From Bacteroidia bacterium (GTDB lineage Bacteria > Bacteroidota > Bacteroidia > UBA8524), in contig OZ252261.1 of assembly GCA_965249955.1 (NCBI GenBank), forward strand, positions 2,426,773-2,490,772: 64,000 bases of DNA, read 5' to 3'. Within the stretch, counting starts at the first letter, position 1. The number at the start of each line of letters is the position of its first letter. Under the pieces are notes generated by a model that was given only the letters and a program-made list of their open reading frames with translations, had not been told where the DNA came from and made no database searches. Below, in pieces: positions 37,050-46,996 of the stretch. A program made the translations under genes and the position numbers.

Positions 37050-40000
37050 ATGCGTAAACATTTTTTACTATTTGTTCTGCTTTTTACATCACTATGGTCA
37101 GTCGCCCAACAGGCGAAGCTAGATGAGGGTTGGGAAGCATTTAATACTAACAACCCAAAAAAGGCAATTAAGCTTTTTACAGAAGCAGCATCAAATGATG
37201 CTACGGCTGAAGAAGCACTGCTTGCCCTTACTCTTTTAAACTCTGAAGAGGGAAACACTGTTGAGGCGATGGAAAACTTTAACCAGTTTTATAAAAAATC
37301 GGCCAATCCATATCCATATATGGATGTGTTTTTCTATACAGCAGGTGTTGCCTATGGTAATGGCGAGAAAAGTAAAGACCGCCTAAAATACCTTCAAGCA
37401 TTTTTAAAAGACCCAAAACTACCCGGTACCTTAGCTGCCAAAATTCACTCAACATTGGGTCATCACTACGAAACTATTGGTAAGTTTAAAGATGCCAATA
37501 AAGAGTTTGCTCAAATTGGCTCAATAACCAATTGGATGTCTGTAGGTTCTTTTGAAAATATTTCGGCAAGCGGTTACGATAAAGGGTACGAACCAATTGA
37601 TAATGCATCTGTAACCAAAACATTCAAAAATAAATACGGAGCCAATGTAAATTGGTTTACTTTAAAAGATTCTCGCACCGATAAATGGGTGGATAACGAG
37701 TACTATTTTTATGCAGGTAACTCAATTATCTATTCACAAACATTTGTCAATTCTCCTATCGAACAAAAAGTACAATTTAGAATAGGTGTTTCAGGTTCAT
37801 TAAAAATGTGGTTAAACGATAACCTTATTGCTAGTGAGATTGAAGAACGTAATAATGGTACCGATAGCTACTGGGTAAGCGTAACGCTGAAAAAAGGCTA
37901 TAACCGCATTTTGATACAAATTGGTGAAAGTGATGCCAACAACTCAAACTTTATGTTACGTATTACCGATGACAACGGTAATAATATACAAGGACTGACT
38001 TTTGATGATAAAAAAGACCAAGTATACGATAAGGGCAGTGTAGAGTTTGCCCCCATACCACAAGGAACTCTTGCTTTTTTTGAACAGTTGGTAAAAGACA
38101 AACCAACCTTTTTTAATCATATATTATTGGCCAAGCTATATACTAACCTTGATATGCGTTTGTTGGCTCGCAAAACTTTAAAGAAAGCTGAGGAGATGGC
38201 TCCCAAAAGCAGCTACATCCAGCTTAAACTGGTACAAGTATACCAAAGCGAAGGTAACCGTACTGCAATTGCAAAAGTGGTAGAATGGTTAAAGGATAAT
38301 GATAAAGAGAATATTGTGTCGTTAGATTTGTTTTTTGACGAAGCAATTGAGAACGAAAACTATGAAAAAGCAGACTCGTTGCTAGAAGCATTACAAAGTA
38401 AACTAGGGGCTGGAGCTGAAAGTGTATACGAGAAAAAAATGTCGTTATACGGTGCTCAAGAAAAAAATGAATTGCTAATAAAAATTATAGATGAGGCCTA
38501 TGATAACTACCCTAAAAACTACTTGTTTGTATTGTATAAATCGTATTTAGAGCAAGGCAAAAAAAATCATTCCGGTGCAATGAAAGTGATGGAGAAGTAT
38601 AATAAGAAAACATACAATACTTCTGCAATGAAACGCCTTGCAAGCATGTATTTTGAAAACTCAAAAGTTGCTGCGGGTCTTGAATTGTACAAGGAAATGA
38701 TAAAAAATGACCCTATTGCAGTAGGCATATACAGTGAGTTGGCTGATATATATGTGCAATTGCGTCAGTATGATGCTGCCATTGAGTTGATGGATCAGGC
38801 GATTGACATAGCACCTTATATAGGTAAGTATTGGAGTATGCGCGCCAAATGCTATGCCGAGCAAAACAAAGAAACTGTAGCCAAAACAAATTATAGAAGA
38901 GCTATTGAACTAACGCCAACCTATTTTGATGCCCGCCGCAAACTGCGTAAACTTAACGGCAAGAAAGAAGATATATTTTCAAACTTCGACGAAACTGATG
39001 TATATGCTGCATTTGCAAAAGCAGGTAAAGCCGAAGATTATCCCGATGATAATAGCGTAATACTTGTAAACTCTGTACAAAGAGTAGTATACAGTGATGG
39101 CGTATCAGAAGAAAAACATACACTTGTAGCAAAGGTATTTAATGCGGCAGGTATAGACGACTGGAAAGAGTATGGTATATCGTACTATGGCTCGCAAAAT
39201 GTAACTATCGAAAAAGTAGAAGTGCTAAAAGCTAACGGTTCTAAACTTGAAGCCGAACGTAATGGTGGTAATATAGTATTTACCAATCTTGAAGCAGGCG
39301 ATGGTGTGCACATTACTTATAAAGTAGAAAACTACCAAAGCGGAAAATTAGCGCCTTACTTTACAGATAAACACTATTTTGATTTGTTCTACCCTGTAGT
39401 AAAATCATCATACTCATTACTAATACATCCTGATATTAAATTCAAACATCAATTTACTAACGGTGGGTTTGAGCCTAAGAAAGAGGAAAGAGAAGGGTTT
39501 GATTACTACCACTGGGAGAAAAACGATGTTGCTGCCCTTAAAGGCGAATCGTTCATGTCGGAAATCACAGATTTTGGTGAGGTATTAGATATATCATCAT
39601 TCCCTGATTGGAAGTTTATCTCAAACTGGTATTCTGATTTAGCAAAAACCAAAGCAAAATCTGATTATGAAGTAAAAGAAATAGCCTCTGAGATTTTTAA
39701 AAATGCAGAGGGTTTATCTAAAGTAGAAAAAGTAAAATTGGTGCACAACTACATTGTAGAAAATGTGCGTTATAGCTCAGTTTCATTCCGCCAAAGTGGT
39801 TTAATACCACAAAAAGCATCAAAAGTGATAAACACTCGCGTGGGAGACTGTAAAGACGTATCGACACTTTTTGTTGCCCTTTGCCGCGAGGCAGGTATTG
39901 ATAGCGCTCGCCTAGTACTAATAAACACCCGCGATAATGGTAAAAAAGACCTGTTGTTACCCTCGATAGATTTTAACCATTGCATAGGAAATATTACTGC

Positions 40001-40793
40001 CGATGGACAAGAGTATTTTGTAGAACTTACTTCGGATAAAAACGGGTTTGGAACATTCCCAAATACCCTTAAAAATGCGTTTGCTTTAAAAATATACGAT
40101 GAAAACGAGCCTACAAGTGAAGAGCCTTTTTTCCTTGCTCCAAAAACAAAAATACCCGATAACATTATCAGAAATGTAGATGTAGAGTTTAAAGGCAAAG
40201 AGATGTTGATTGATATAAAATCACTTAAAACAGGTGATTGGGCAAGCGATATGCGCTACAGATATGCTGATATACCAGAAAGCGAAAGGCGTAAAAAACT
40301 GTTACAAAGCCTTTCGGGTGATAATGCCAGTGTAAAACTAAACTCATTTAGTTTTGAAAGACTAGATGAAATTAGCGACTCTTTAAACTATACCTATAAC
40401 TATAACTTGGGCAATGCTACTACTGTTATTACGGGGCTTAATATTTTTAGTCTTCCTTGGGCTGATAAAATTTCAAGCATCTCGTTTATGTCAAACGAAG
40501 AGCGTAAATACCCTATTAACTTTTGGGATTATTTAGAGTTTGATAAAGCCAAAGAAACCATAAGCATATCATTTCCTACAGGTACAAAATTAGCCGAAAT
40601 GCCTAAAAACGTTAGCCTGTCGTGCAGTGCAGCCGATTATAAAATTACCTATAAAATGGAAGGAACCAAGTTGGTTGCAGTACGCGAAATGATTGTGAAA
40701 AAAGATGTTGTTAACCCAAATGAATACGATGAATTGAAAAGCTTTTTTGAGAAAGTGGTTGAAGAAGATACCCGCCAATTGGCTTTTAAATAG
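37050..40793 (+). CDS. Exported TPR + DUF3857 + transglutaminase-like protein
   Basis: Signal peptide from ATG 37050; TPR-like helices; DUF3857-like region; 'VRYSS', 'GDCKD', 'FNHCI'. Confidence 0.85.
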   Translation: MRKHFLLFVLLFTSLWSVAQQAKLDEGWEAFNTNNPKKAIKLFTEAASNDATAEEALLALTLLNSEEGNTVEAMENFNQFYKKSANPYPYMDVFFYTAGVAYGNGEKSKDRLKYLQAFLKDPKLPGTLAAKIHSTLGHHYETIGKFKDANKEFAQIGSITNWMSVGSFENISASGYDKGYEPIDNASVTKTFKNKYGANVNWFTLKDSRTDKWVDNEYYFYAGNSIIYSQTFVNSPIEQKVQFRIGVSGSLKMWLNDNLIASEIEERNNGTDSYWVSVTLKKGYNRILIQIGESDANNSNFMLRITDDNGNNIQGLTFDDKKDQVYDKGSVEFAPIPQGTLAFFEQLVKDKPTFFNHILLAKLYTNLDMRLLARKTLKKAEEMAPKSSYIQLKLVQVYQSEGNRTAIAKVVEWLKDNDKENIVSLDLFFDEAIENENYEKADSLLEALQSKLGAGAESVYEKKMSLYGAQEKNELLIKIIDEAYDNYPKNYLFVLYKSYLEQGKKNHSGAMKVMEKYNKKTYNTSAMKRLASMYFENSKVAAGLELYKEMIKNDPIAVGIYSELADIYVQLRQYDAAIELMDQAIDIAPYIGKYWSMRAKCYAEQNKETVAKTNYRRAIELTPTYFDARRKLRKLNGKKEDIFSNFDETDVYAAFAKAGKAEDYPDDNSVILVNSVQRVVYSDGVSEEKHTLVAKVFNAAGIDDWKEYGISYYGSQNVTIEKVEVLKANGSKLEAERNGGNIVFTNLEAGDGVHITYKVENYQSGKLAPYFTDKHYFDLFYPVVKSSYSLLIHPDIKFKHQFTNGGFEPKKEEREGFDYYHWEKNDVAALKGESFMSEITDFGEVLDISSFPDWKFISNWYSDLAKTKAKSDYEVKEIASEIFKNAEGLSKVEKVKLVHNYIVENVRYSSVSFRQSGLIPQKASKVINTRVGDCKDVSTLFVALCREAGIDSARLVLINTRDNGKKDLLLPSIDFNHCIGNITADGQEYFVELTSDKNGFGTFPNTLKNAFALKIYDENEPTSEEPFFLAPKTKIPDNIIRNVDVEFKGKEMLIDIKSLKTGDWASDMRYRYADIPESERRKKLLQSLSGDNASVKLNSFSFERLDEISDSLNYTYNYNLGNATTVITGLNIFSLPWADKISSISFMSNEERKYPINFWDYLEFDKAKETISISFPTGTKLAEMPKNVSLSCSAADYKITYKMEGTKLVAVREMIVKKDVVNPNEYDELKSFFEKVVEEDTRQLAFK

Positions 40794-40822
40794 AAGAAAA
40801 TCAAGAAAAGGTAATACAAAAC

Positions 40823-40856
40823 AAAACCCCATCCGAGAAATTGGATGGGGTTTTTT
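40823..40856. terminator. Bidirectional terminator
   Basis: aaaaccccatcc...ggatggggtttt between convergent genes. Confidence 0.8.
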
Positions 40857-40875
40857 ATTAAGCTTTTCAGCTATT

Positions 40876-42279
40876 TTATTTCAATATTTCAGCAGCAAGA
40901 GTTTCTAGTATCTCAAATGCTCTTTTTGATGATGATGCTTGGCAATAAGTACGCAATACAGGCTCAGTACCACTAGCACGAATCATAGTCCATTCACCAT
41001 TACCCAAATGGAATTTCCATCCGTCAATATCCTCTACACTTTCAACCGTTAGGTTGCCAAATGTTTTGTAGTTACCCTCTTTGCAGTTGGCTAGTACAGT
41101 TTGTTTTTGGGCTTCGCTAATGTGGTGGTCAATACGTTCCATAGCAAATGCACCTACATCATTGTATACTTCTTCAATCAGTTCGTCAAGGCTTTTGCCT
41201 GTTTTTGCCATATATTCTAGCAAAGTAATACCCATCCAAAGACCATCACGCTCAGGTATATGACCTTTAATGGCTATACCTCCGCTTTCTTCTCCACCCA
41301 CTAATACATCATCTTCAACCATAAACTCGCAAATGTATTTAAAGCCTATTTTGGTAATAATAGCCTCTAAACCCAATTGTTGGCAAAGTTCTTTTATTTT
41401 ATCGGTGCAGCTAAAGCTAACGGCTACCTTACCCGTCATACCTTTGTGTTTCACCAAATAATGTATCAGTAACAAGATTATATGGTGCGAATCGATAAAC
41501 TTGCCTTTGGCATTGTATAGCCCAATACGGTCGGCATCACCATCCGTAGCCAATCCAAAATCAATATCACCGGCGGCTTTTATAGTCTCGCTAAGTTCTT
41601 GTAGGTTTTTGTCAATAGGCTCAGGTGCTTGTCCGTCAAAACCCGGGTTATCATCACAGTGTAAAAAAGTAGCTTCAGGAAACAAAGTACGCATTACATT
41701 TTGCCCTGCGCCATACATAGCATCATAAGCTATCTCAATGCCCGATTTACGTATTGCATCCAAATCAAAACTATTCTCTACATGCGCCACATATTCGTCT
41801 TCAAGGTTAATGTATTTAATTAAGCCAATAGCCTCGTAGTGTGCAATAGTTTCAGTGGGTATTTGGTGTACTTCGGGTATTAAGCCTTCCACCTCATCAA
41901 TCATAGCAGGGGTAGCGGGGCCGCCGTAGCTGGCTTTTATTTTAAAACCATTGTAGCTGGGTGGGTTGTGGCTAGCTGTAATAACTATACCCGCCGATGC
42001 TTTGCGGTTAAATGTGCCCAAAGAAATCATTGGGGTACTAACAAAGCCTTTAGCTAAATATACTTTTACCCCTTTTTTTGCCAATATTATTGCTGTAGTT
42101 TCAGCAAACATTTGTCCGCCAAAACGGCAATCGTGCCCTACAACAGCACTAGCTTCAGGGTAGTTTTTAGTAAGCCACAAAGCAGTAGCTTCAGCTACAC
42201 GTGCAAGATTATCAAGGGTATATTCTTTGGCTATAATAGCGCGCCAACCGTCGGTTCCAAACTTAATTTTTTCGTTCAT
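40876..42279 (-). CDS. Phosphoglucomutase/phosphomannomutase
   Basis: 'FGTDGWR', 'ITASHNP', 'DGDADR', 'GGEESGG', 'RASGTEP'. Confidence 0.95.
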   Translation of the reverse strand: MNEKIKFGTDGWRAIIAKEYTLDNLARVAEATALWLTKNYPEASAVVGHDCRFGGQMFAETTAIILAKKGVKVYLAKGFVSTPMISLGTFNRKASAGIVITASHNPPSYNGFKIKASYGGPATPAMIDEVEGLIPEVHQIPTETIAHYEAIGLIKYINLEDEYVAHVENSFDLDAIRKSGIEIAYDAMYGAGQNVMRTLFPEATFLHCDDNPGFDGQAPEPIDKNLQELSETIKAAGDIDFGLATDGDADRIGLYNAKGKFIDSHHIILLLIHYLVKHKGMTGKVAVSFSCTDKIKELCQQLGLEAIITKIGFKYICEFMVEDDVLVGGEESGGIAIKGHIPERDGLWMGITLLEYMAKTGKSLDELIEEVYNDVGAFAMERIDHHISEAQKQTVLANCKEGNYKTFGNLTVESVEDIDGWKFHLGNGEWTMIRASGTEPVLRTYCQASSSKRAFEILETLAAEILK

Positions 42280-42280
42280 A

Positions 42281-43360
42281 TTAGTCGTATTTAACGTATT
42301 CAGTTATCTGTGTCCAATAATAATTTTGTAAAGCCCTAATATACTTCCCCGATTGAGCTGAGGGTATTTCTTGGGTGTTAATTTTTTTCAGTAAGTAGTC
42401 AAAATCTTTTATTCGTAATGACGACTTTATATCCTGAAACTCTATTTTAATAGTGTATTTGTCAAAGTTTTCAATAGCAATTGGAGGCAATGCAAACGTA
42501 TTAAAATGCAAGATAATACTTTGAGGTGTGTATGTGATAGCTCCGTTTACTTTTTGCCAAATTTCTGTAACCTCTATTTTACTGATAGAAAGATAAATGT
42601 CGGGTGTAAGGTGGCTAAACAGCCTGTTACCACCATTGTTAAAGAAAAACTCGGGGTTATCGTTTAAAAAACTTTGAAAGGCTTTATAAAAGTTTTCACT
42701 TTTACTTGATTTCAACACCTCGTACACCACCTTTTTAGCGGTAGGCAGGGTTACTTGGTTTACTATTTTCTTTTTATTGTTAAAGGCTTTCTCTTTAATG
42801 CGCAGCGATTCCACAATGTCTTTTTTAAAGGTTTTTGTACCAAATTGTACCACATTAAAATGGTAGTTGCGGCTATACAAAGCATCAATATAGGTAATGC
42901 TGTATGTGCCGTTGGCATTAGTGGGTATCTGTGTATCGGTTAGGTAAGAAAAAACCTCTTCTATATCAATAAACCCATACGATACCTGTTCGCCTTTATC
43001 GTTTTTATTTATAAATGAGAACCCCAAAATATTAAAGCGGGTGCGTTTGCGACTACTGCTCCACACCTCGTTCATAAACAAATCGTTGGTTTGGGTAAAT
43101 TGGGTTTTGCTATTGGCTTCAATGCTTTTTAGCGATGCAAATGTAATTTGTAGCCCTTTTTGTGGCGAGTCCCAAAGCTTTATCTTGTCTTGTTCGATAA
43201 GACTATACATAAGTTGGGGAATAGCATCTACTAAGTTAAATCCAAAGGTATCTCGTTGTTCGCCCCTGTTAAGGTGAGTTAAAACAGGCATATCGCTATA
43301 AGCAAACCCAATTTGGGCTGCTATTAAGAATAGAACAAGTATGCCTGTTTTCTTAATCAA
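42281..43360 (-). CDS. Hypothetical exported protein, divergent GldN/PorN-like
   Basis: Signal peptide; segment pattern resembling GldN (see findings). Confidence 0.45.
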   Translation of the reverse strand: MIKKTGILVLFLIAAQIGFAYSDMPVLTHLNRGEQRDTFGFNLVDAIPQLMYSLIEQDKIKLWDSPQKGLQITFASLKSIEANSKTQFTQTNDLFMNEVWSSSRKRTRFNILGFSFINKNDKGEQVSYGFIDIEEVFSYLTDTQIPTNANGTYSITYIDALYSRNYHFNVVQFGTKTFKKDIVESLRIKEKAFNNKKKIVNQVTLPTAKKVVYEVLKSSKSENFYKAFQSFLNDNPEFFFNNGGNRLFSHLTPDIYLSISKIEVTEIWQKVNGAITYTPQSIILHFNTFALPPIAIENFDKYTIKIEFQDIKSSLRIKDFDYLLKKINTQEIPSAQSGKYIRALQNYYWTQITEYVKYD

Positions 43361-43373
43361 TTAGTAGTGTTTT

Positions 43374-44591
43374 CTATTTAAAAGCCTGTATACCAGTAAT
43401 TTCGTTGCCCAAAATTAGCAAGTGTATATCGTGTGTTCCTTCGTAGGTAATTACCGATTCAAGGTTAGTCATGTGGCGCATAATAGGATATTCGCCGGTT
43501 ATACCCATACCGCCTAGCATTTGTCGGCTTTCGCGGGCAATGGTTAAAGCCATATCCACATTATTACGTTTGGCTAGTGATATTTGGGCAGCAGTTGCTT
43601 TACCCTCGTTCATCAAGTTGCCCAAACGCCAGCAAAGCAATTGTGCTTTGGTGATTTCGGTTAACATTTCGGCCAATTTTTTCTGTTGCAATTGGAAACT
43701 TGCAATTGGGCGACCAAACTGGCTGCGCTCTTTTGTATAGCGCACTGCTGTGTCGTAGCAATCCATTGCAGCACCAATAACACCCCAGCTAATGCCGTAG
43801 CGGGCACTGTTTAGGCAGGTAAGGGGGCCTCTTAAACCTTCAATTTCAGGGAAAAGATTTTCTTTTGGCACTTTTACATTGTCAAATACCAATTCACCTG
43901 TGGCACTGGCACGTAACGACCATTTGTTGTGTGTTTCGGGAGTGGTAAAGCCTTCCATACCACGCTCTACTATTATACCGCGTATTTTACCGTTTTCGTT
44001 TTTTGCCCATACCACCGCTATATCAGCAAAGGGAGCATTGCTAATCCACATTTTAGCACCGTTTAGCAGGTAATGGTCGCCCATATCTTTAATATTGGTT
44101 TCCATTCCGCCCGGGTCGCTACCGTGGTTAGGTTCAGTTAGGCCAAAGCAGCCCATCATTTCACCCGTAGCCAGTTTTGGTAAGTATTTTTTACGTTGCT
44201 CTTCGCTACCAAATTTGTAAATAGGGTACATTACCAGTGAGCCTTGCACCGATGCAGTACTACGCATACCGCTATCGCCACGCTCTATTTCTTGCATCAG
44301 CAAGCCATACGAAATGTAGTCTAAACCACCGCATCCATACTCAACAGGCAGTTGAGGGCCAAACGCTCCAATTTCGCCCATACCTTTTACTATGTGGTTG
44401 GGGAAAATATTGCGTTGCGCACAATCTTCAATTATGGGGCTAATTTCACGCTTCACCCAATCGCGGGCTGCGTTGCGTATTAGTATATGTTCTTCGGTAA
44501 GAAGGTCATCAATATTATAAAAATCGGGTGCTGTAAAAAGGTCTTGCTTATTACTTTTTTGCAAGGGAGGGTGTTCACTAAACTGTGGCAT
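43374..44591 (-). CDS. gcdH: Glutaryl-CoA dehydrogenase
   Basis: 'EIERGDSG.RS..SVQGSL', 'GCFGLTEPNHGSDPGGM', 'LNSARYGISWG', 'TYEGTHDIH'. Confidence 0.92.
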   Translation of the reverse strand: MPQFSEHPPLQKSNKQDLFTAPDFYNIDDLLTEEHILIRNAARDWVKREISPIIEDCAQRNIFPNHIVKGMGEIGAFGPQLPVEYGCGGLDYISYGLLMQEIERGDSGMRSTASVQGSLVMYPIYKFGSEEQRKKYLPKLATGEMMGCFGLTEPNHGSDPGGMETNIKDMGDHYLLNGAKMWISNAPFADIAVVWAKNENGKIRGIIVERGMEGFTTPETHNKWSLRASATGELVFDNVKVPKENLFPEIEGLRGPLTCLNSARYGISWGVIGAAMDCYDTAVRYTKERSQFGRPIASFQLQQKKLAEMLTEITKAQLLCWRLGNLMNEGKATAAQISLAKRNNVDMALTIARESRQMLGGMGITGEYPIMRHMTNLESVITYEGTHDIHLLILGNEITGIQAFK

Positions 44592-44764
44592 TGCTCAAAA
44601 TTTCGTTGTTTGCAAAAGTAATAAAAAAGCGGATGGTTTTACTAAGCAACACTTTTGGCTAGTGTTTATGTTTTGTGTGCCATGTAAAGAGTTTGCTTTT
44701 TTGAAGTGTTTTTTTGCATTAAATTACATTTATTATTATTAACCATTTAGGTAACTTTGGAAAT

Positions 44765-45961
44765 ATGAAGAAAGCAGCGATACCGGATAATGAAAAGGAA
44801 AGGCTAGAGGAGTTAATAAATCTAAAAATTTTGGATTCAGAGGAAGAGCAGGATTATACAGATTTGGTAAAGCTGGCTTCGGTTATTTGTCAAACCCCTA
44901 TTTCGCTTATTTCGTTAATAGATAGTCAGCGCCAGTGGTTTAAAGCAAAAGTAGGATTAGAGGCTGATGAAACTCATCGCGATTTGGCTTTTTGTGCCCA
45001 CGCAATACTTCAGGATGACTTATTTATAGTGCCTAACGCTATTGAAGACGATCGTTTTTTTGACAATCCGCTGGTGGTAGATAATCCCAATATTCGTTTT
45101 TATGCAGGTATGCCTTTGGTTACAGCATCAGGGTATAAAATAGGTACTTTATGTATTATTGATTCAGAACCGCGATACCTTACCGACCAGCAAAAGTTTG
45201 CGTTAAAAACCTTGGGCAAGCAAGTAATAAATATGCTTGAATTGAGGCTGAAGAACGAACGATTGAATAGGTTAAATAATTTACAAAATAAATTTTTAGC
45301 AATAATTAGTCACGATTTGCGTAACCCTTTAGTGTCGGTAAAATCATTAATAGATATGATGGGTGATGACGTATTGACCAGAGATGATTTTAATGAGCTA
45401 TCAGAGCAATTGGGAAGTAATGTATCACAAACCATAGAGTTGTTAAATAATTTAATAGAGTGGGGTGTATCTCAGGCACGGGGAGATAACTTTGAACTAA
45501 AAGAAGTAAATACCCATAAGCTAATTGATACAGAGGTGAACAGGTTATTGCCTGCCGCTCAGAACAAAGATATTAAACTGATAAACGCAATTGGCGTAGG
45601 TACAACCATGCTGGTTGATGCCAATATGCTAACATTTATAGTTCGAAATTTGCTTACAAATGCTATTAAATTTACAGCACAAGGCAGTGTTACTATTAGT
45701 GGAGAAGAAAACGATAAGGGTTGGAAGTTGCACGTTAGCGATACAGGTATAGGTATACCCGATGAAAAGAAAGCCCGTTTGTTTAATTGGGATTACAGGT
45801 TTACTACCAACGGAACTAATAATGAGGCAGGATCAGGGCTTGGTTTGCTAATGTGTAAAGAATTTGCCGAGAAGCATTTGGGCGATATTACCTTTCAAAG
45901 TCAAGTAAATCAAGGAACAACATTTACTGTTGATATAAAAACCAAATTGTTTCAGGCCTAG
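44765..45961 (+). CDS. Cytoplasmic GAF-domain sensor histidine kinase
   Basis: GAF 'QWFKAKVG...RDLAFCAHAI...IRFYAGMPL...GTLCIID'; 'SHDLRNP', 'NLLTNAIKF', 'DTGIG', 'GSGLGL'. Confidence 0.93.
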   Translation: MKKAAIPDNEKERLEELINLKILDSEEEQDYTDLVKLASVICQTPISLISLIDSQRQWFKAKVGLEADETHRDLAFCAHAILQDDLFIVPNAIEDDRFFDNPLVVDNPNIRFYAGMPLVTASGYKIGTLCIIDSEPRYLTDQQKFALKTLGKQVINMLELRLKNERLNRLNNLQNKFLAIISHDLRNPLVSVKSLIDMMGDDVLTRDDFNELSEQLGSNVSQTIELLNNLIEWGVSQARGDNFELKEVNTHKLIDTEVNRLLPAAQNKDIKLINAIGVGTTMLVDANMLTFIVRNLLTNAIKFTAQGSVTISGEENDKGWKLHVSDTGIGIPDEKKARLFNWDYRFTTNGTNNEAGSGLGLLMCKEFAEKHLGDITFQSQVNQGTTFTVDIKTKLFQA

Positions 45962-46974
45962 TGCTGCCCCAATCGGGTAAAAGGCACCGTGTCTTGGCCA
46001 ACAAATTGTTTTTCTAAAAATTTAAAATGGCCTGCCATGGCTATCATCGCCGCATTATCAGTACAATACTCAAACTTGGGTATGTAGGTATTCCAACCGT
46101 TTTGTTTTCCCGCTTTTTCAAGCGCAGTACGTAAACCACTATTAGCACTTACTCCACCTGCTATGGCTATCTCTTTTATACCTGTTTGTGAGGTAGCAAG
46201 GCTTAGTTTTTTAATTAAAACACTAACAATGGCATATTGAATACTGGCGCATATATCAGCAAGATTTTCGTCAATAAAATTAGGATTGGCAGCTACATTA
46301 TCACGCACAAAATACAAAACAGAAGTTTTAAAGCCGCTAAAGCTAAAATCAAGTGCACCCACCTTTCCCTCAGGAAACTTAAAACGAAGAGGGTTGCCCT
46401 CTTTTGCATATTTATCAATAAGTGGCCCACCGGGGTAGGGCAAACCTAATATTTTAGCTGCTTTGTCAAAGGCTTCCCCAGCAGCATCATCCTGTGTTTG
46501 TCCCAGTAACTCCATACTAAGCGGGCTGTTTACCTGCAAAATCTGTGTATGCCCGCCTGATACAGTTAAGCATAAGAACGGAAAATTAGGTTTAGGAGCA
46601 TCAATAAAGTGCGCAAGTACATGGGCATCCATGTGGTTTACCTCTATTAGCGGTATATTTAACGATAGCGCAAGGCTTTTAGCAAAAGTAACCCCCACTA
46701 ATAGGCTGCCCAATAAACCGGGGCCACGTGTAAAGGCCACAGCAGTAAGCTGTTCTTTAGCAATTTTTGCTTCTTTTAGCGCAACATCAACCACAGGTAC
46801 AATGTTTTGTTGGTGAGCTCGGCTGGCAAGCTCAGGAACAACGCCGCCAAATTTTTCGTGTACGCTTTGTCCTGCTACAACATTGGCAAGAATGTTGCCG
46901 TTGTGTAGTATAGCGGCGGCAGTTTCATCGCAAGATGATTCTATGGCTAATATGTAGGTTTCGCTTTGATGCAC
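45958..46974 (-). CDS. tsaD: tRNA N6-threonylcarbamoyladenosine synthase
   Basis: 'ILAIESSCDET', 'VPELASRAH', 'GPGLLGSL', 'VNHMDAH', 'SGGHT', 'DDAAGEAFDK', 'TDNAAMIA'. GTG 46974 preferred as start. Confidence 0.96.
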   Translation of the reverse strand: MHQSETYILAIESSCDETAAAILHNGNILANVVAGQSVHEKFGGVVPELASRAHQQNIVPVVDVALKEAKIAKEQLTAVAFTRGPGLLGSLLVGVTFAKSLALSLNIPLIEVNHMDAHVLAHFIDAPKPNFPFLCLTVSGGHTQILQVNSPLSMELLGQTQDDAAGEAFDKAAKILGLPYPGGPLIDKYAKEGNPLRFKFPEGKVGALDFSFSGFKTSVLYFVRDNVAANPNFIDENLADICASIQYAIVSVLIKKLSLATSQTGIKEIAIAGGVSANSGLRTALEKAGKQNGWNTYIPKFEYCTDNAAMIAMAGHFKFLEKQFVGQDTVPFTRLGQH

Positions 46975-46996
46975 TTTTACTATTTTTGAAAAAAAC

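Noticed and set aside
44765-45961. Orphan GAF histidine kinase overlapping the tsaD 3' end by 4 nt
   Set aside because: Orphan GAF kinases and short convergent overlaps are common; no cognate link to the NarL regulator can be supported.
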